Source of the DNA: Amoebophrya sp. A120
Taxonomy: Eukaryota; Protista; Dinoflagellata
Length of the DNA stretch: 64,000 nucleotides
Assembly (NCBI GenBank): GCA_905178155.1
Contig: CAJINV010000017.1
Span: 364,722-428,721, forward strand
Direction: 5' to 3'
The notes below the pieces were generated by a model that worked only from the letters and a program-made list of their open reading frames with translations, did not search any database and was not told where the DNA came from. The position numbers were made by a program, and so were the translations under genes. Below are positions 12,879-25,871 of the stretch, one piece after another (within the stretch, counting starts at the first letter, position 1; every line of letters starts with the position of its first letter).

Positions 12879-14377
12879 GCGGAACTACGTCGGATATTTT
12901 TAAGCCCTAGTAGTATAACTCGTGCCTGTCTATTTTGTCAGTCACAGTTACTAATACGTGTATGATTATATTTTTGAGTACTTGCTACACTCACATCTGC
13001 TGTGACAGAATGGAAATTGCTCTGTATGATCAGCGTAGTTTTTACAACTTCTTCATCCACCGTGCTCTCATGCTGCTGTACCTGTATGATTTATGTCTCG
13101 AAGATGGAGCAAGTCCTCCTAGTCCTCCCAAAAATAACGCCAGCACGCAAATTGCGAGAGAAGTGTAGTACGTGCAGCACATCGATTATCAAACTTCAGA
13201 GTAGCGTAGTTGCAATTGGAATCTCACTACTTGCATCATTACCGCCTTATCAAAAATCCGAGGGATGAAGGAAGCGGTTATTTTCAAACTCAACCTGTAG
13301 TGTATGATTTGCTCGAAAATCCAAATAACGTGCTGGCCAGTCTTTCGACCCAGACTGTCCTCTCATTCATTAACGAAAGGAGATGTTTGATGAAAGCGAG
13401 TGTTTTTTGCTGCGAAAATCTTGTTCGCGCGGGCGTATGTCTATACGCACAAAAGATCATAGAGATCTAACCATTTGACCGTTGATCACGAAGGAAAATT
13501 CGTCACCGTCAAGAAGATCTCAAGTGGATCAGTTTCTCCTATCGAGACGCATATTATTCAAACTGAATTTCATGTATATCGATCTGGTGGGGTTCTCCCG
13601 TGTGGAGGTTCTGGTTGTCTGGTGGCAGCGTGTATGCAGTGCAAACATGTCTGGGTCTGGAGCACAGTTGTCATGATGTCGATTGTGGATTCTTGTCCAC
13701 ACAGACAAGGGATATTCTTGTCGCACATGCATCATGAGCTCTGCAGCTATGTCACACACGCATTACAAGCTTCCAGACCACCCAGACATATGTGCAAGAA
13801 TTGATGGAGCGAGATACAGCAAAAAGTTAGGAGACCACGAAGCTGGAGGGCTTCCTGATCTGTGGCAACTACCCTTGGAAATTTCGATCAAGACAGAAGC
13901 AGTACACACCTCTTGGTAGATCAGGAATTTTCTCAAACGAATTGCGCTTCTATTCTGCGGCATGGGGTGAAAATGGTATTATGCTCTTGGTGATCACGTT
14001 TTTGTAGGGAAGCAGATCTGATCAACCTTCACCCCTGCAGCAACGCCCTGCGCTGCCGCCTGCTCAGCTGCTCACGCCTTATCTCTTCATGTTACTGATC
14101 CCGATATATATGAGAACCACGAGAACTACCTTATTGTCAGGCCCATGGTTGGTTTCTTCTTGTCGACAATATGGTCCTCTGGAGGATATTGAATGTTTTT
14201 GCTAAAGTACCTAATAGAAAAGTACAAGTTGTAGGAAAAATTAAATTTGACTTGGCAGCACAATTTTGCCATAGTTGAGTCTTCGTGTGTAAGATTTATC
14301 TCGACAGCATAATATTTTGTGATATGTACAGTACGGCGTATTTTTTGTATTCGCGTCGTTCTTAATCTGGTAACCAA

Positions 14378-17300
14378 ATGCGTACAATCGTTGTGGAGGG
14401 TCTGACTACCCGAAAATTAGCCGCGATGCGACACGGAAAAATGTTGCAGTTCGGAGGTGGAAAGAACACTCTTCTTCGGAAGATGATGATGCCCGTACTA
14501 GGTTGTTTTTTCAACTCCTCTATCACGATCCTTCACCTGGCCAGTACCGGCGTTTCAGCGGCTTCTGCGTTTCCTCCCGGGATGAAAAGAGAAGAAAACA
14601 AAGCCACAGCCGAAAGAGATGACATCAAACCAGTCCGCATTCTGGTTCTCGAGCCGGGCATGGGTTTGGGGCTGGATCCAGAAACGAACGAACCGAGACT
14701 CACCCGAAACCAAGTGACCGGCAAACGGTTTCGGGCGAATCATGTGATGAAAAAACACACAAAAGTGCTGCACACGGAGCCTGTTCGAAACGCGGCTGGC
14801 GAGGTAGTAGGACGGCGAGATGTAAAAGCGAATTTTGTGACGTGGCACGCGGGACGAAACCGTGAGGAAGCAGAAGAAACAGCGGCCTTTATTCCAAAAG
14901 GGCTGCAACCAAACGGGAGTCGTCGATTTGTGATCCAAGACGAGGCTAGCTTTCCTTTCTCAAAAGATTTCACGGTTAAGCTGTCCAAGGACACCCACAG
15001 TGGCTTGGTGTGGGAGGCCATAGCGGAAACAATGGTGAAAAAGAAAAAGCCGGCTCGGAGAGGCGGCACTGCCGAGGCGGGTAGAAGAAGAAAAAATAGC
15101 TCTTTTAGTATCCGTCTGGGCCGCAAACTGAAAGCCAAGCGCGAGATCAGATCGCCGGGGGGGAAGAAGAACACGACCACGCGGCAAAAGGTCGTCGTCG
15201 ATTCCTTCGGAGTGACCTCACAGGCTGAGTACGAGAGTTTTCTCCAAGACATCGGGCACAACAACCAACGAGGACGCGCGAGCGACCACTTTGCCGTCGA
15301 GGAATTCAGGAAGCAAAACACCGCCTTGAAACAATTGGCGAAAACGCTTTTCGCCGTTCTGCAGCACGCGGCCTTTGTGGAAATATCCTGTGCAAAAGTA
15401 TCGTACTCATATTGCAGTCATGCATTACAAATCTTCTTTATAAGGTAAATCCGCATTACAAATTTTATTTCTCATGCTCAATGCATTTATACGAGTACGA
15501 TACTTTTGCAGTTCATAGGAAAACTGGCCTTATGATTTGGTGGTGTCAGCCAGTAAGGGAGAAAACATCGTGCGCCAAATGCTGCAAGATTCGTTACTGG
15601 CCTTGTCGTCGTCTCCGCGTGTTCGTGGGACTCCTGCCACCGCGTCCACCGGTGACACGCGGGCGCTCGGCCAAGCTGCAGTGCAGAGGACACAAAGTAG
15701 AGGAGAAAACTATTTGGACGAAGACTTGCGACAAAAACCAACTGGCGGAAAGCAGCAGCTGCGGCTCCCACCGCCGTTCTCGCTGCTCCTCATAAACGGC
15801 TTCGAAAACACCCGGGAGCACATTCTTTCGCTCGCAACTCGTCAGCGAATCGAGCTTTCGGCGCAGGAAAGTGGTGTCGTGGCACGACACCGACGTCTCA
15901 ACGACATGGACGAAGAGTTACCAACTGAAAAAGTTCAAGTTGTCGCTGAGTCTGGATTAGAGGCATCTCAATACTAAACTATTCCGCATTTTTGAACTTA
16001 TGTTCTCCTTCTTGATCCTTGCACAAGGCACGAACCAGTTCCTTTTGATGCAAAATTTTTCGTTGAGCCCCGACCCGGAGCGTGTGCAGCATATACAACA
16101 GCACAGTGACTTCACTATTTCCACTCTATTCATTGCCCAGAACTAGACTCGGCAGACATCTTTCCATTGCATACCAAGATGTCGAAAACGAAGTGATGAA
16201 TTCATTTATTAACGCCTACATCAATGCCTTTTCCTTTTCCGCCGCCTCCGCAAACAGCCAGATCTGTCACCGCCTGATAGTGGAAATAAAGTTCCCAACT
16301 TTCCTCCGCTCGCCGCCCTCCGCCCATGGGAATCCTGCCGACGAAGTTTGCCTCAAGCTATTGATGCACCAAGCGAATTTTCTTGGTCTTTACCTGCAGC
16401 ATTCCGGCCAGATTGATAACGACGCGCCAGGGCGAAGAGCTATTCGCGAGAAGGCCTACCGGCCGATGTTCGATGAGTACAACAGGCATGCAAAACAGAC
16501 CGGTGCCACGTTGTGCAAGCAGGCCGCGCTGCTGTTCTTGTTGACCAAGCGGGCTTGGTTCGAGAGTGTGGCGAAACAAGAGATTCTGCACTACGTTCAA
16601 TCGGAACGCGGTCGCGCTGTCCTCACGAAACTGCTAGCTGACGGCGTGGTGTCGGTTTCCCAGCAGGAGAAGGAGGACGTAGCTAACGTTTTACGGCAAC
16701 TAGTAGAGACCGTGCTCGACGAACGTGTCTTCTCTCTTGCGGAAAACGACGAGGAGGTGCCGGCAACACACAGCATGTGGATGTCGTTGCTGAAAAGCGC
16801 AGCATTGCAAAAAGCGCCGACCTACGAAATTGTCAAGGCTCTGAAGCTGCTCCAAGACGAATCCGTACAACCTCCACGGAGTAGTTCTGGTGTACTGGGT
16901 AGTGCTGACGTCATGTTGGCGGGGAGCGGTAGTTCATTCCTGGGGATGGTAGCACCGTCCTCGGGCAACTCCCATGTTGACAAGGAAGTACGAGGACCGA
17001 AAATCTTGCGCCGCTTGGTGTTCACCAGCCATGGAGGGAAGAACACCGAGACTGGCGAAAGCAACCAGGACACGAAACAGCGGGCGGCGAGGCACTTGGT
17101 GAGCGATCTGGGCGGCGAAGGCGACGTTCTGGTGTTCGATTCCTACGAGCTTTTTTCCCACACAATTGAGCGGAAAATGGATCCGACTGCAGAGGGGCAG
17201 AAGGAAAAAATCTCTGTGTCCCCCCCGGAAAATCTCTTCCAAACACAGAAACTGCAGCTGAATCCCGACACGCACGGCAATCCGGTTTCCTTGTACGACG

Positions 17301-20300
17301 TTCCCGCATGGACAGGGGTGAGCACCCGACTGCCGGGAAGGCCCGGATTCCATTCAGGATCGTCGTTTGCCAGCTTGCTGGTGCGCTGGGCAGTGGAGGA
17401 TGATGATGAACATGAAGAAGTACCAGAGGGCTTGTTACCGTGGTGGAGCCTCCATGACGAGAAGCAACGCGCGTGGTGGTTGGAGCGGTTGCGGGAGCGC
17501 GACAGTGCACGCCTCCTGCCGGTAGAACAGGACACTTTGGCGCGCATTGATCTGACCGTGTCGCGACGTACTGGATCCACGCTCTCCTGGCCCGTGGATT
17601 TTTACGTCGACTTCGTGGAGAGGAGCTTGCGTGGTCGTCGTGGAGGTCCAGACCATATTACGCATCAGTGGGAGCCGCAAAACCTCCAACTGAGGTCGGG
17701 CAACAAGCGATGTCGAAGTCGAAGAAGTAGTGCGCACTCTATTACTAGTTTGCGCCGGAGGCTCGCGAGCCAGCACCTCATGCTGACCACGACAGGAGAT
17801 ATGCAAAAGCGAAGGGACGACCGCGACCGAGGTCTTCGGAAGTATCCAGGAGCCCATGAGCTAGCGCTTAGCAGGGAGCTTCAGAAGCCCTTTCTCGCGC
17901 CGAAGACGAAGAGAAGACGCCAGAAGAGCAAAGCCAGAGCAGCCTCCGTAGCTCCGCGGCAGAGTGCCGTGAGAGACCTGTCAACAGTAGAACGCCAATG
18001 CTCGCGACGAGGAGAGCCTGGGAACGACGAGGGGCCACAGTTGATTGCGGACGCAGATCCATTTTTTCAAGTTTTGTTGGGTTACGGGGGAGATGTCTGT
18101 ACGACACCGGCTACTTCTTTGCATTGGCACTTCGCTCCCCACTACAGGGCTTACAATAAAATGACACAATCATCGCAAACCGAAAGTAGTAGCTCTGTGG
18201 CTCTGGGACTGGGAGTTTCTTCCTGTCCGGCATCGCTTACAAGAACAAACGATCGCCCTGGTTTATTCGATGCTCCCGACTCTTGCCATATCCAAGACAG
18301 GCTTTATTCTTGGTTGGCGCCGTGCGACCAGGCCGAAGTAGAGGAAGTTAGAGCCCTCTATCCCGCCGTGGGCGACCCCGAGCAAAAGTGGCAAGCCCCG
18401 GGGAGAATCACAAGGCTCTTTCGCCCCACACGAAGCGATCGTATGGTCTTTGGACGTAGTGGATGCTCAGTTTTTTCGCGCAGTAGTTGCAAGATCGACA
18501 AAAGCAGCTGGACCCCCGCGCTCGGCGCGCAGACGATGCGGATGCGTCTTTATCACGTGCTAAACAGTGCAGACAACCTCGCCGGTATTCTTCGCGACGG
18601 CTTTCGAGAGGATTACGCAACGACGATGCTCTTGGGGAGAGGGGTCTATTTTTCGACAGAAATGGACACGCCACTGCTTTTCGGAGACAAGTTCGTCGCC
18701 TACGAGCCGCCACTGCCGTTGGCTTTAGCAGGGGATGCGCAAGAACATGTTGATCGAGGCGGCTTATCTTCTGCGAAGGTTGTTGTACAACGCCCGGCTG
18801 CAAATGCACAAGACGAGTACGTTGTCAGCGATAAATCTGAGCGAGAAAGAAGGAATATCAGGACTTACAAAAAGTATCTGTTTAGCGCCATGATGACGGG
18901 TGTGAGCAGCCTGGGACCACGACGTGAAGGCAATTCTATAAGTGGCGCGCCAGCATCTCCAGTGCCGTCAAATACTGCTCAGCCTCTTGTGGGAAAAGAT
19001 TACAAGCGCCCCCTGCCCACCCCCTTGTGCCCGATTTTCCCGGCGAAGTGGGAAAAGAGGCACCGGAAGCAAATAGACATGGAGTTGCGTCAGCACCCCG
19101 ACGAGGACGACGAGTTACTCTTTTTTCGGCAGCGCCAAGCGACTGCAAGCCTGGAGATGGCACGACACACAATAATGGAAGAAATTTCGTTTGAAAGTAG
19201 AGAGCGGCCTTACAAGCTCTTCGATCGGAGGGTGTGGGACGCGGTCGCGCTTACTGCGGGTACTACTAAAAACGTTGCGCCTTTTGCAGAGTCAGAGACG
19301 CGGACAACATTGAACGCAGCCACATCGGTGGTAAATTCTGGCTCAAGAGCAGACGCAATGTATGTAGAGGGACAACGTCGAGAGCAGGAGCAAGATGCGT
19401 TTCTGAAGCTTCTAACGGAGGAAATTTACTTCGGCCCGGAGTGCCTATGCAGCCGATTTTTGAAAGTCAAAGAAAGACCGCGAGCCAGCTCGGGTTCGAT
19501 TCCACCGGCCAGCTACCTGGAAGAAGACAAGCTGCGTCACGATCCACGGTTCGGTTTTCGCCAAGATTTGGCCGGGGGTCCCGCGTGCTTTGGAACAGGG
19601 CCAAGCCTCCAGGAGATGGAGATGGCAAATTTATTCGCGGGTGAGGTAGGAAATAACAAGACAGCCAAGAATAAGATGAATACCGCTGGGGGAAAAACAC
19701 AAAATGTAGTCACCACACCTTCGGATAATGTTGGTAAAAATCACGACGACGAGGAGAAAAGTGCGGCTGATGAAATCTTTTCTCAATTCTACGACCTGGC
19801 AGTGCAGAACGCCCAGGTGGACGTCGATGACGTTTTTCTAGCACCAGAAGCTGATGCTGACGAGGTTGACTCGCAGAAGACGTTGCGGTTTGGCGAGGAT
19901 TGTGAAGAGGACGACCAGGGGAGCAGCGCGGGCGAGACCCGACCCGCAGCGACCGGAACAGAAGCAGTAGCAGTAGGAAGAGGAGCACCAGAGCAAGCGC
20001 AACTCCACCCTGACCACCGCCCGCCGGTCGTCCAACTGCGACTGAACAAAACGCCGCGCAGTTTGTTGCTGAAAATGCTGATCACCGGCGAGGAGCCGGA
20101 AGTTTTGCAAAAGTTACCCGAAACGAGTAGACTCTCCTTCTACTCCTTTGTACACATAAAGTTGTTGCAGTGGTTTTTCGACCACTCGGAAGCCGTGAAA
20201 ACAGCACGAGAAGTCGGAGCGTACCAAGTGCACATCAAGACTAAGCGTACAGAAGTGCTGACCACTACGGATGCACCTGCCGGAAAGGCGACAGACTGGA

Positions 20301-20401
20301 GTCTCAAAGACGGAACCGAACACTACGTGGTGGCGGACTACACGAGGGTAAATGGGTTTTTGTCCGACCCCCGCATCGTAGAGCTGGAATTTCAGCAGTG
20401 A
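14378..20401 (+). CDS. Large protein with a PARP-like (H-Y-E) ADP-ribosyltransferase domain and a possible signal peptide; three exons
   Basis: LYHVLNSADNLAGILRDGF...MLLGRGVYFS (His codon 18554, Tyr 18647) followed by DEYVVSD (Glu 18815). N-terminal MMMPVLGCFFNSSITILHLASTGVSAASAF from 14483. Exons 1 and 2 join by excising 15384-15522 (FVE|NWPYDLVV). The second intron at about 15972-16096 is uncertain. Confidence 0.65.
15384..15517. mobile_element. Introner family A
   Basis: Perfect 18-bp IR TGCAAAAGTATCGTACTC (15391-15408 / 15493-15510), TAT...ATA ends and perfect GGAAA TSD. Excision restores frame. Confidence 0.92.
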
Positions 20402-21496
20402 TTACTATAGTATGCATCATAACAATACGTGGTAGAGTGTTGACGACATAACTACTGTGTTTTTTCGCGTTTCTGTGGTTCTCCGTTCTTGCTTCGCGCT
20501 GAAGGCGGTGCTGAAAGATTGAAGATTTTTGCTCCTCTCCACGACCAGCGAAGAAGCAGACTATTGTTTCCAACCGAAAAGAACTGAAAAATCAATAAAC
20601 GGCAGAATTTTCTCTGCGACATTGTGGTCTTTGGCTTTCGGGATCGGGGAAGATTATTTTACCCTTGTTGTTCTGTCCTTTAGTGGCCGAGGCTAACATC
20701 GGCACGAGACAAAATAAACATCAATGGAATTCTGTTACTTAGGGTCTACATCGCCACGAGAGTAAGGTGTACCAAGAGTCATATTTGTCGGTTCATTAGG
20801 TGAATGATCATGCTCAGGATCCAGACACGATCGGCACCACCAGAACTGGCACTTCTTACTACGCGTCGGATTCATGTTGAGTTTCCTTTTCGGTCATTCT
20901 CATTCATTGCAAGTTGTCCTCGCGCGACAACGAGGAGATGTTCGGTCTGTGATGTACGTGGAGTCGGTCTGGTGCCAAATCCAATTTGTTGCTATAGTAC
21001 ATGTTTATTAAGTGATTCGGATGTGGAGGAAGATAAAGATGCTCGGGTACGATGCTACGTTATTTGTCGGTTGCTAGTACTTTCTTATCCGCAAGAGAAC
21101 CTGCTAGAAAGATCTTTATTTTGCATGTGGATGTAATGTAACTTAAACCTAGAAGACAAAAAGAAAAACAAACAAAAAACTACCCGCGACTGTTGATAGT
21201 GTAAACAAATACCATGCATTGATTCCTCGTTCTCGCGGCAGTTCCTTGCTCCTCACTTTGGCTCTTAAGACATAGTGAAGCAGCTAATTACGCGTATAAA
21301 CCGTAGACACGAAAAAAACAAAATAATTTTTTTGAGCTCATACCGAACAAGGGCGTCAAGCGACCGTGATAGAAACGGAAACAAAGTCTATCTAACGTTT
21401 TGTCTGAAAACAATAAAAGTTGCAGGGCAGAACGCTGATCCGCTCGATATAAAAGGAAAAAAATACTACTGCGTACGAGTGCAACCAACTAAAAAC

Positions 21497-24251
21497 ATGT
21501 TGCGCGCCAAAAGTCTTTTGTTGTTTCACAACCTCGCCACGATTCTCCTGTCGGGTGTTGGCATGGGTGTCGAGGTCGCTGACGGGGTGAAGCTTTCAAT
21601 CCTTTTCCAAAAAACGGGTCAGAAGACCAAAACGACACTTGCGCCCCCAGGCAGTGCTGTCACCCAGCAGAACTGCTTCAACAGAAACGGCGTATCATAC
21701 ACGAAAAAGCTAGCGCATCATGTCTGTGTTGCAAACATCAGCGGTACATGATTATATCTAAATGCACCATAATTCATCTCAATTCGGCGGGGTCATGCCT
21801 GAGCCCGTAGCAGAAACATGCATTCAGTATGTTTTTGGCTATAATTTTCTTTGCTGTTACAATACAGATACAGGCATGAAAAATGATCCGCTAGAAGCCT
21901 TTTTTGCTGCTATCCGGCAATGCGCTCGTCGAGACTTGGAATTCGATCTACAACGATAAAGGAGGGGCCCGAGGTTCCTACCCGGGTCTAGCGCCGCCTG
22001 AGGCCTCCGCTATAATATGCAGCGCAACTTATAAATATGGCATTTTTGTGCCCACTGGGCACTGTGAAACTGGGTTGAAGAGTCGTGCGCAAACTCGCAA
22101 AAACCATGTGCCCAGCCGGTCACAGGCACGGAAGCGAAATTATTTTGTGCATGGGCAGCAAAGGAGGTTCTCGCTGTGCTGCCTCTTACGTGGCACACCT
22201 TCCCAAGAAATAACACGAAGCGCTGCACCTGCAGCAGTCTTCTCATACATAAAAGTTGTTGAAGATCCTCGAGATAAGCCTTTAATGTTGACACGGCTCC
22301 ACGAAGCCTAAGCCTTCGAAGCCTGTCTCTACTTTGTTTTCCAGCTTTATTGCCAGCCTATCGAAGTGGAATAGGAAGTGCTGCAAAATGAGCTGTGTGG
22401 TAATGGAAGTCTAAGTATGCATCTACTTCTTGTCATCTTGCGCTGACTGACACGAGTGCCAACTCAGATTTCGCACGGTTTTTACAGTCGATCGATGAAA
22501 GGACATTGTAACAACCGGCAAGACACAGACGCAAAGCGCGGGGAGAGTGCAAAGCGGGTAGATGTTATCAAATGAAATAGTGCTAACTTTGACGGTTTAT
22601 TTCACAGATTGCAATGATCATGCATGACAATACTTTCCCCGTAGCACGCAAGCCGTGTTGTCCCGTAGCACGCAAGCCGTGCAATACAAATTCGGACACC
22701 TCTTTTTCTGATGCATTACTGCATGCCGAATTCCGTTAACGTTGGACGTTTTTTCTTGTGATATTTGTCTTGGTGGACACCTTGGCCAAACTTAGCGCGG
22801 ACGATATCAACTGCAAAAGTAAGTGCGCGCCAGAGGAGATGGAGGAAGTGCAGCTGTTTATTACCAAACCTGATTGCAATTTTTGTTGAAAATTGATATA
22901 TTCATATTCTTAAACTAACACTCGACGAAAAAAGATGTTGAGTGGTGTTTTCAACTCGATAGGGGGTTTTTACATCGCAGACAACGCTAGCGCTTTTCAC
23001 ACAGGGCGGGGCACTTTTCACCCTGACAGACAGCGACAAGCTGCTAACCGAGTACATGTCCAGCGCCAAACAAAACATGGAAAAGTGGGCACTGGAAGCC
23101 ACGGACAGCGCACGGAAGAAGAGCGGAGATGCGACGGTGGAGGTCCGGGTTATCGAAGGTGATTCCTTGTTGACGACGCGCTACTTCACGGAGCTATATG
23201 GGGAAACTTTCGTCGTTTTAAACATGGCAAATGCCTTTTCCGTGGGGGGTGGTGTGAAGTTCGGCGCTGCGGCGCAGGAAGAAAATCTGTTTCGACGTTC
23301 CAGCTGCCTACTGCAGCTTCGACCCGTAGAGGTGAAACGAAACCCCGATGGGTCGCTGAAAGACCCGAGTAAGTATACCCGAACGAGCAGCGCCCTGATC
23401 AATGGCAAGAACGACGTGGTTGAGCTAGACGTAGACAAACCGCGCGTGTGCGTGAAGGGGGCCGAGGACAAGGCGCACCCGGCACTCGGGTACGAGTGGC
23501 TGGCCGCCGAGGAGGCGTTTCTGTGGTACGAGATGCGGGTATGAGACTGCGCAACTCCCTCTCCCCCTCATCTGTATTGATGCGACGTGGAAAGCAATGC
23601 AAAAGCAAACACCCCCACCTCCTGTGGAGCCTGTGCATGACAAGTTCTTCATGCGCCTAGTGTAGTACCGTTTGTGCTTCCGGAGCCGATGTCATGCAAA
23701 CGGTAGCACAAAGCGCAAGCAGCGCTTAGATTTGGCATCTTGCATGATAAATGCGGTTCTGACCCTAGATCTCCTGCGTCCGTAGCTGGTTGCGACGATG
23801 GTGCAGGGGTTTTTGATGAGGTGCGGTCGGGTATGCATGACAAATGAGGTGGAGGGGGAGTTGTACACACTCATAGCAGGCGGCGGCGGTGCACTACCCG
23901 AAGCCGAACCCTACCAACTGGGACCGCGCCGAGGCCAAAAAACGGATCAAGGCGCAGTTCGCGACCATGCGGGCCAAGGGGAAAAAGTTCGCAATTCTGT
24001 CCGCCTTTGGATGTGGGGCGTTCAACCAGCCAGGTGACAAGGTGGCGCAAGTGTACAAGGAAGTCATCGAGGAAGAGAAAGCCGGGTTCGCGGGGGGTGC
24101 CCTGATTTTTGCGATTATTTCCCCCTACGGGCCGCAGAACCAGCACATGTTCGCGCAAGTGCTGTCGCCGACTGGACAACCCGAGAAATTAGAGGAATTG
24201 GCTCCTATCACTAGTACCAGCTCGACTAGTACCACGTCGTGCAATTGCTAA
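21497..24251 (+). CDS. Microbial-type poly(ADP-ribose) glycohydrolase (DUF2263/TIGR02452-like macrodomain), probably with signal peptide; multi-exon
   Basis: VLNMANAFSVGGGVKFGAAAQEENLFRRS carries the GGG-X6-QEE catalytic loop; also PRVCVKGAED, YEMR|AAAV and ILSAFGCGAFNQP. GT-AG introns at 21692-21894 and 23539-23879. Linkage of the 5' exons (21497-22015) to the catalytic exons (from about 22963) is inferred, not resolved. Confidence 0.8.
22638..22681. repeat. 20-bp direct repeat, two copies
   Basis: CCCGTAGCACGCAAGCCGTG at 22638-22657 and 22662-22681. Confidence 0.85.
23540..23875. mobile_element. Introner in PARG gene, spliceable as canonical GT-AG
   Basis: 32-bp TIR (26/32) with flanks GCGGG/GCAGG. 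GT at 23539 and in-frame tandem acceptors TAG(23876)/CAG(23879). Confidence 0.88.
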
Positions 24252-25871
24252 TGCGGAAGGTGATTCAACAGGTGCACATGGACGTGCGCTGATACTGATA
24301 CTATGTATCACAACAGGAACAGATCTTTAAGATTGAGTTTAAATTATAAAAAGCAATGTCAATGAAAATGATATTGTACTTCACGAGCGCGAGGGTCGTA
24401 CTTTTTTCATTTATTAGATTTATGAAACTTGTCTTATGCTCTTACTCAGAACCCTGCTCTGTTTTCACACAGTTTTCTGGTTGTATGCGCATCAACTAAG
24501 AGTTTCTAACTCATTCTGTCTAGAAGTACTCTCTAGGCTCCACTATTCTATTGACGATGACGTTTCGTCAGTTTTCTAGGTCGTGAGCGGAGTGGAAAGA
24601 TTTAGTTAGCAAAACCAGATGATTCAAGCACCGACGAAGAACTGTGACCCCCAGCGGGGGCACAGAAAATTTTGTATGAAGACGTACCTGGTAGGCACGC
24701 GTCAGCATCTGCTAGAGGGCGAGGTGCGAGATGTGCGGCGCAGTCAGCTCGCAGCTGAAGCTGCTGCACATCTAAAAACCGTGGCAAAATCGATCGAGAT
24801 GACGCTTGTAGCGAGAACCGCATTGATGCAGCTATCAGGAACAAGGAATAGAGATTGCCGGAGCGCACACAGACGCCCGCCCCCCTCGGGGAAGCATAGG
24901 CTCCTCCTGGATCCGATATTCACCTCTCGAGATGATCTCAAGGTCTCGCCAGACCAGACAAGTTCACAGAGGGTCGCCTCACACTCTTGCTCGTCCGTAC
25001 AAATCGTTTGAGTGGATCGCTTTCCTGGTGTCACGATCAAAAATCGAGCGTCGCGTACCCCAGACAGGGCACACCCAAGCAAGCAAGCAAGCAAGCAAGG
25101 CGAATCAGGTATGTATGTGTATTTACTTAGCAAAAGGTCTCGTGTCAAGAGAATACCAGTGGATCGCTATGTGTGTTTTGAGAATGAAGCTTTGAGAACT
25201 GAAGGTGAAGATCAGGATCAGCAAGATGGGCGAGCAAAATAAATAAATGTCTCTGGCATCCTGATTCTACAAATCAACGTATGTGATCCCGAGATGGCAC
25301 CAGAAAATCTGGATCTTTAGCTAATCGTAATCATGTCAACCGCTTGGAAAAAAAAAAAACTCGGATCAGACTCTGCTATCGAAAAAGGATCATTTTCGAT
25401 GAAGATCAGGAATCCGAATCTGATAGGATCCGTCTGTAAAAACGAAAAATTGATGCGCAATCTCATGGTCTTCGTCTTGAAGAAATTTCCATTTCGTAGA
25501 TGATATCATAAAGCTCGTCAAGCTGTACTGAACTCGGCATGGCAGGCAGCCGGAGTTTTTGTTGTGAAATGTTGTTCGCAATTTGTTTTTTATTTATCCG
25601 TCATGTGCAGGCGAAACCAGATCAATATCTGAGCATTTTAGCCATAGCTGTTTCAGTTGCAGCCTGCATACCGACGTTAAGTCCAAGATCTTGCAGAACT
25701 GGCATAATTATTAATTTGATTGGTGCGTACTTTTCGTGGCGGGGATGACAATACACACTACACTTGATTAATGTACACTTGTAGTCGCACAAATTAAATT
25801 GTCGACTCCAGTATCGCTCAGATTCATCATTCGCCTTCGCTTTTTCATACAGCAGGTTTAGCATTGCAATC

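Noticed and set aside
13400-14100. Intergenic region with scattered TGTCATG and GCATTACAAG motifs and short ORFs
   Set aside because: No TIR/TSD pair or coherent coding frame could be defined.
22638-22681. CCGTAGC resembles the start of the dinoflagellate spliced leader; CTTTGGCTCTTAAG near 21257 resembles its end
   Set aside because: Matches are only 7-8 nt and the rest of the leader is absent, so they cannot be called SL relics.
21497-24251. Bacterial contamination as the source of the PARG
   Set aside because: The gene contains a GT-AG introner of the same architecture as those in the neighbouring eukaryotic genes.
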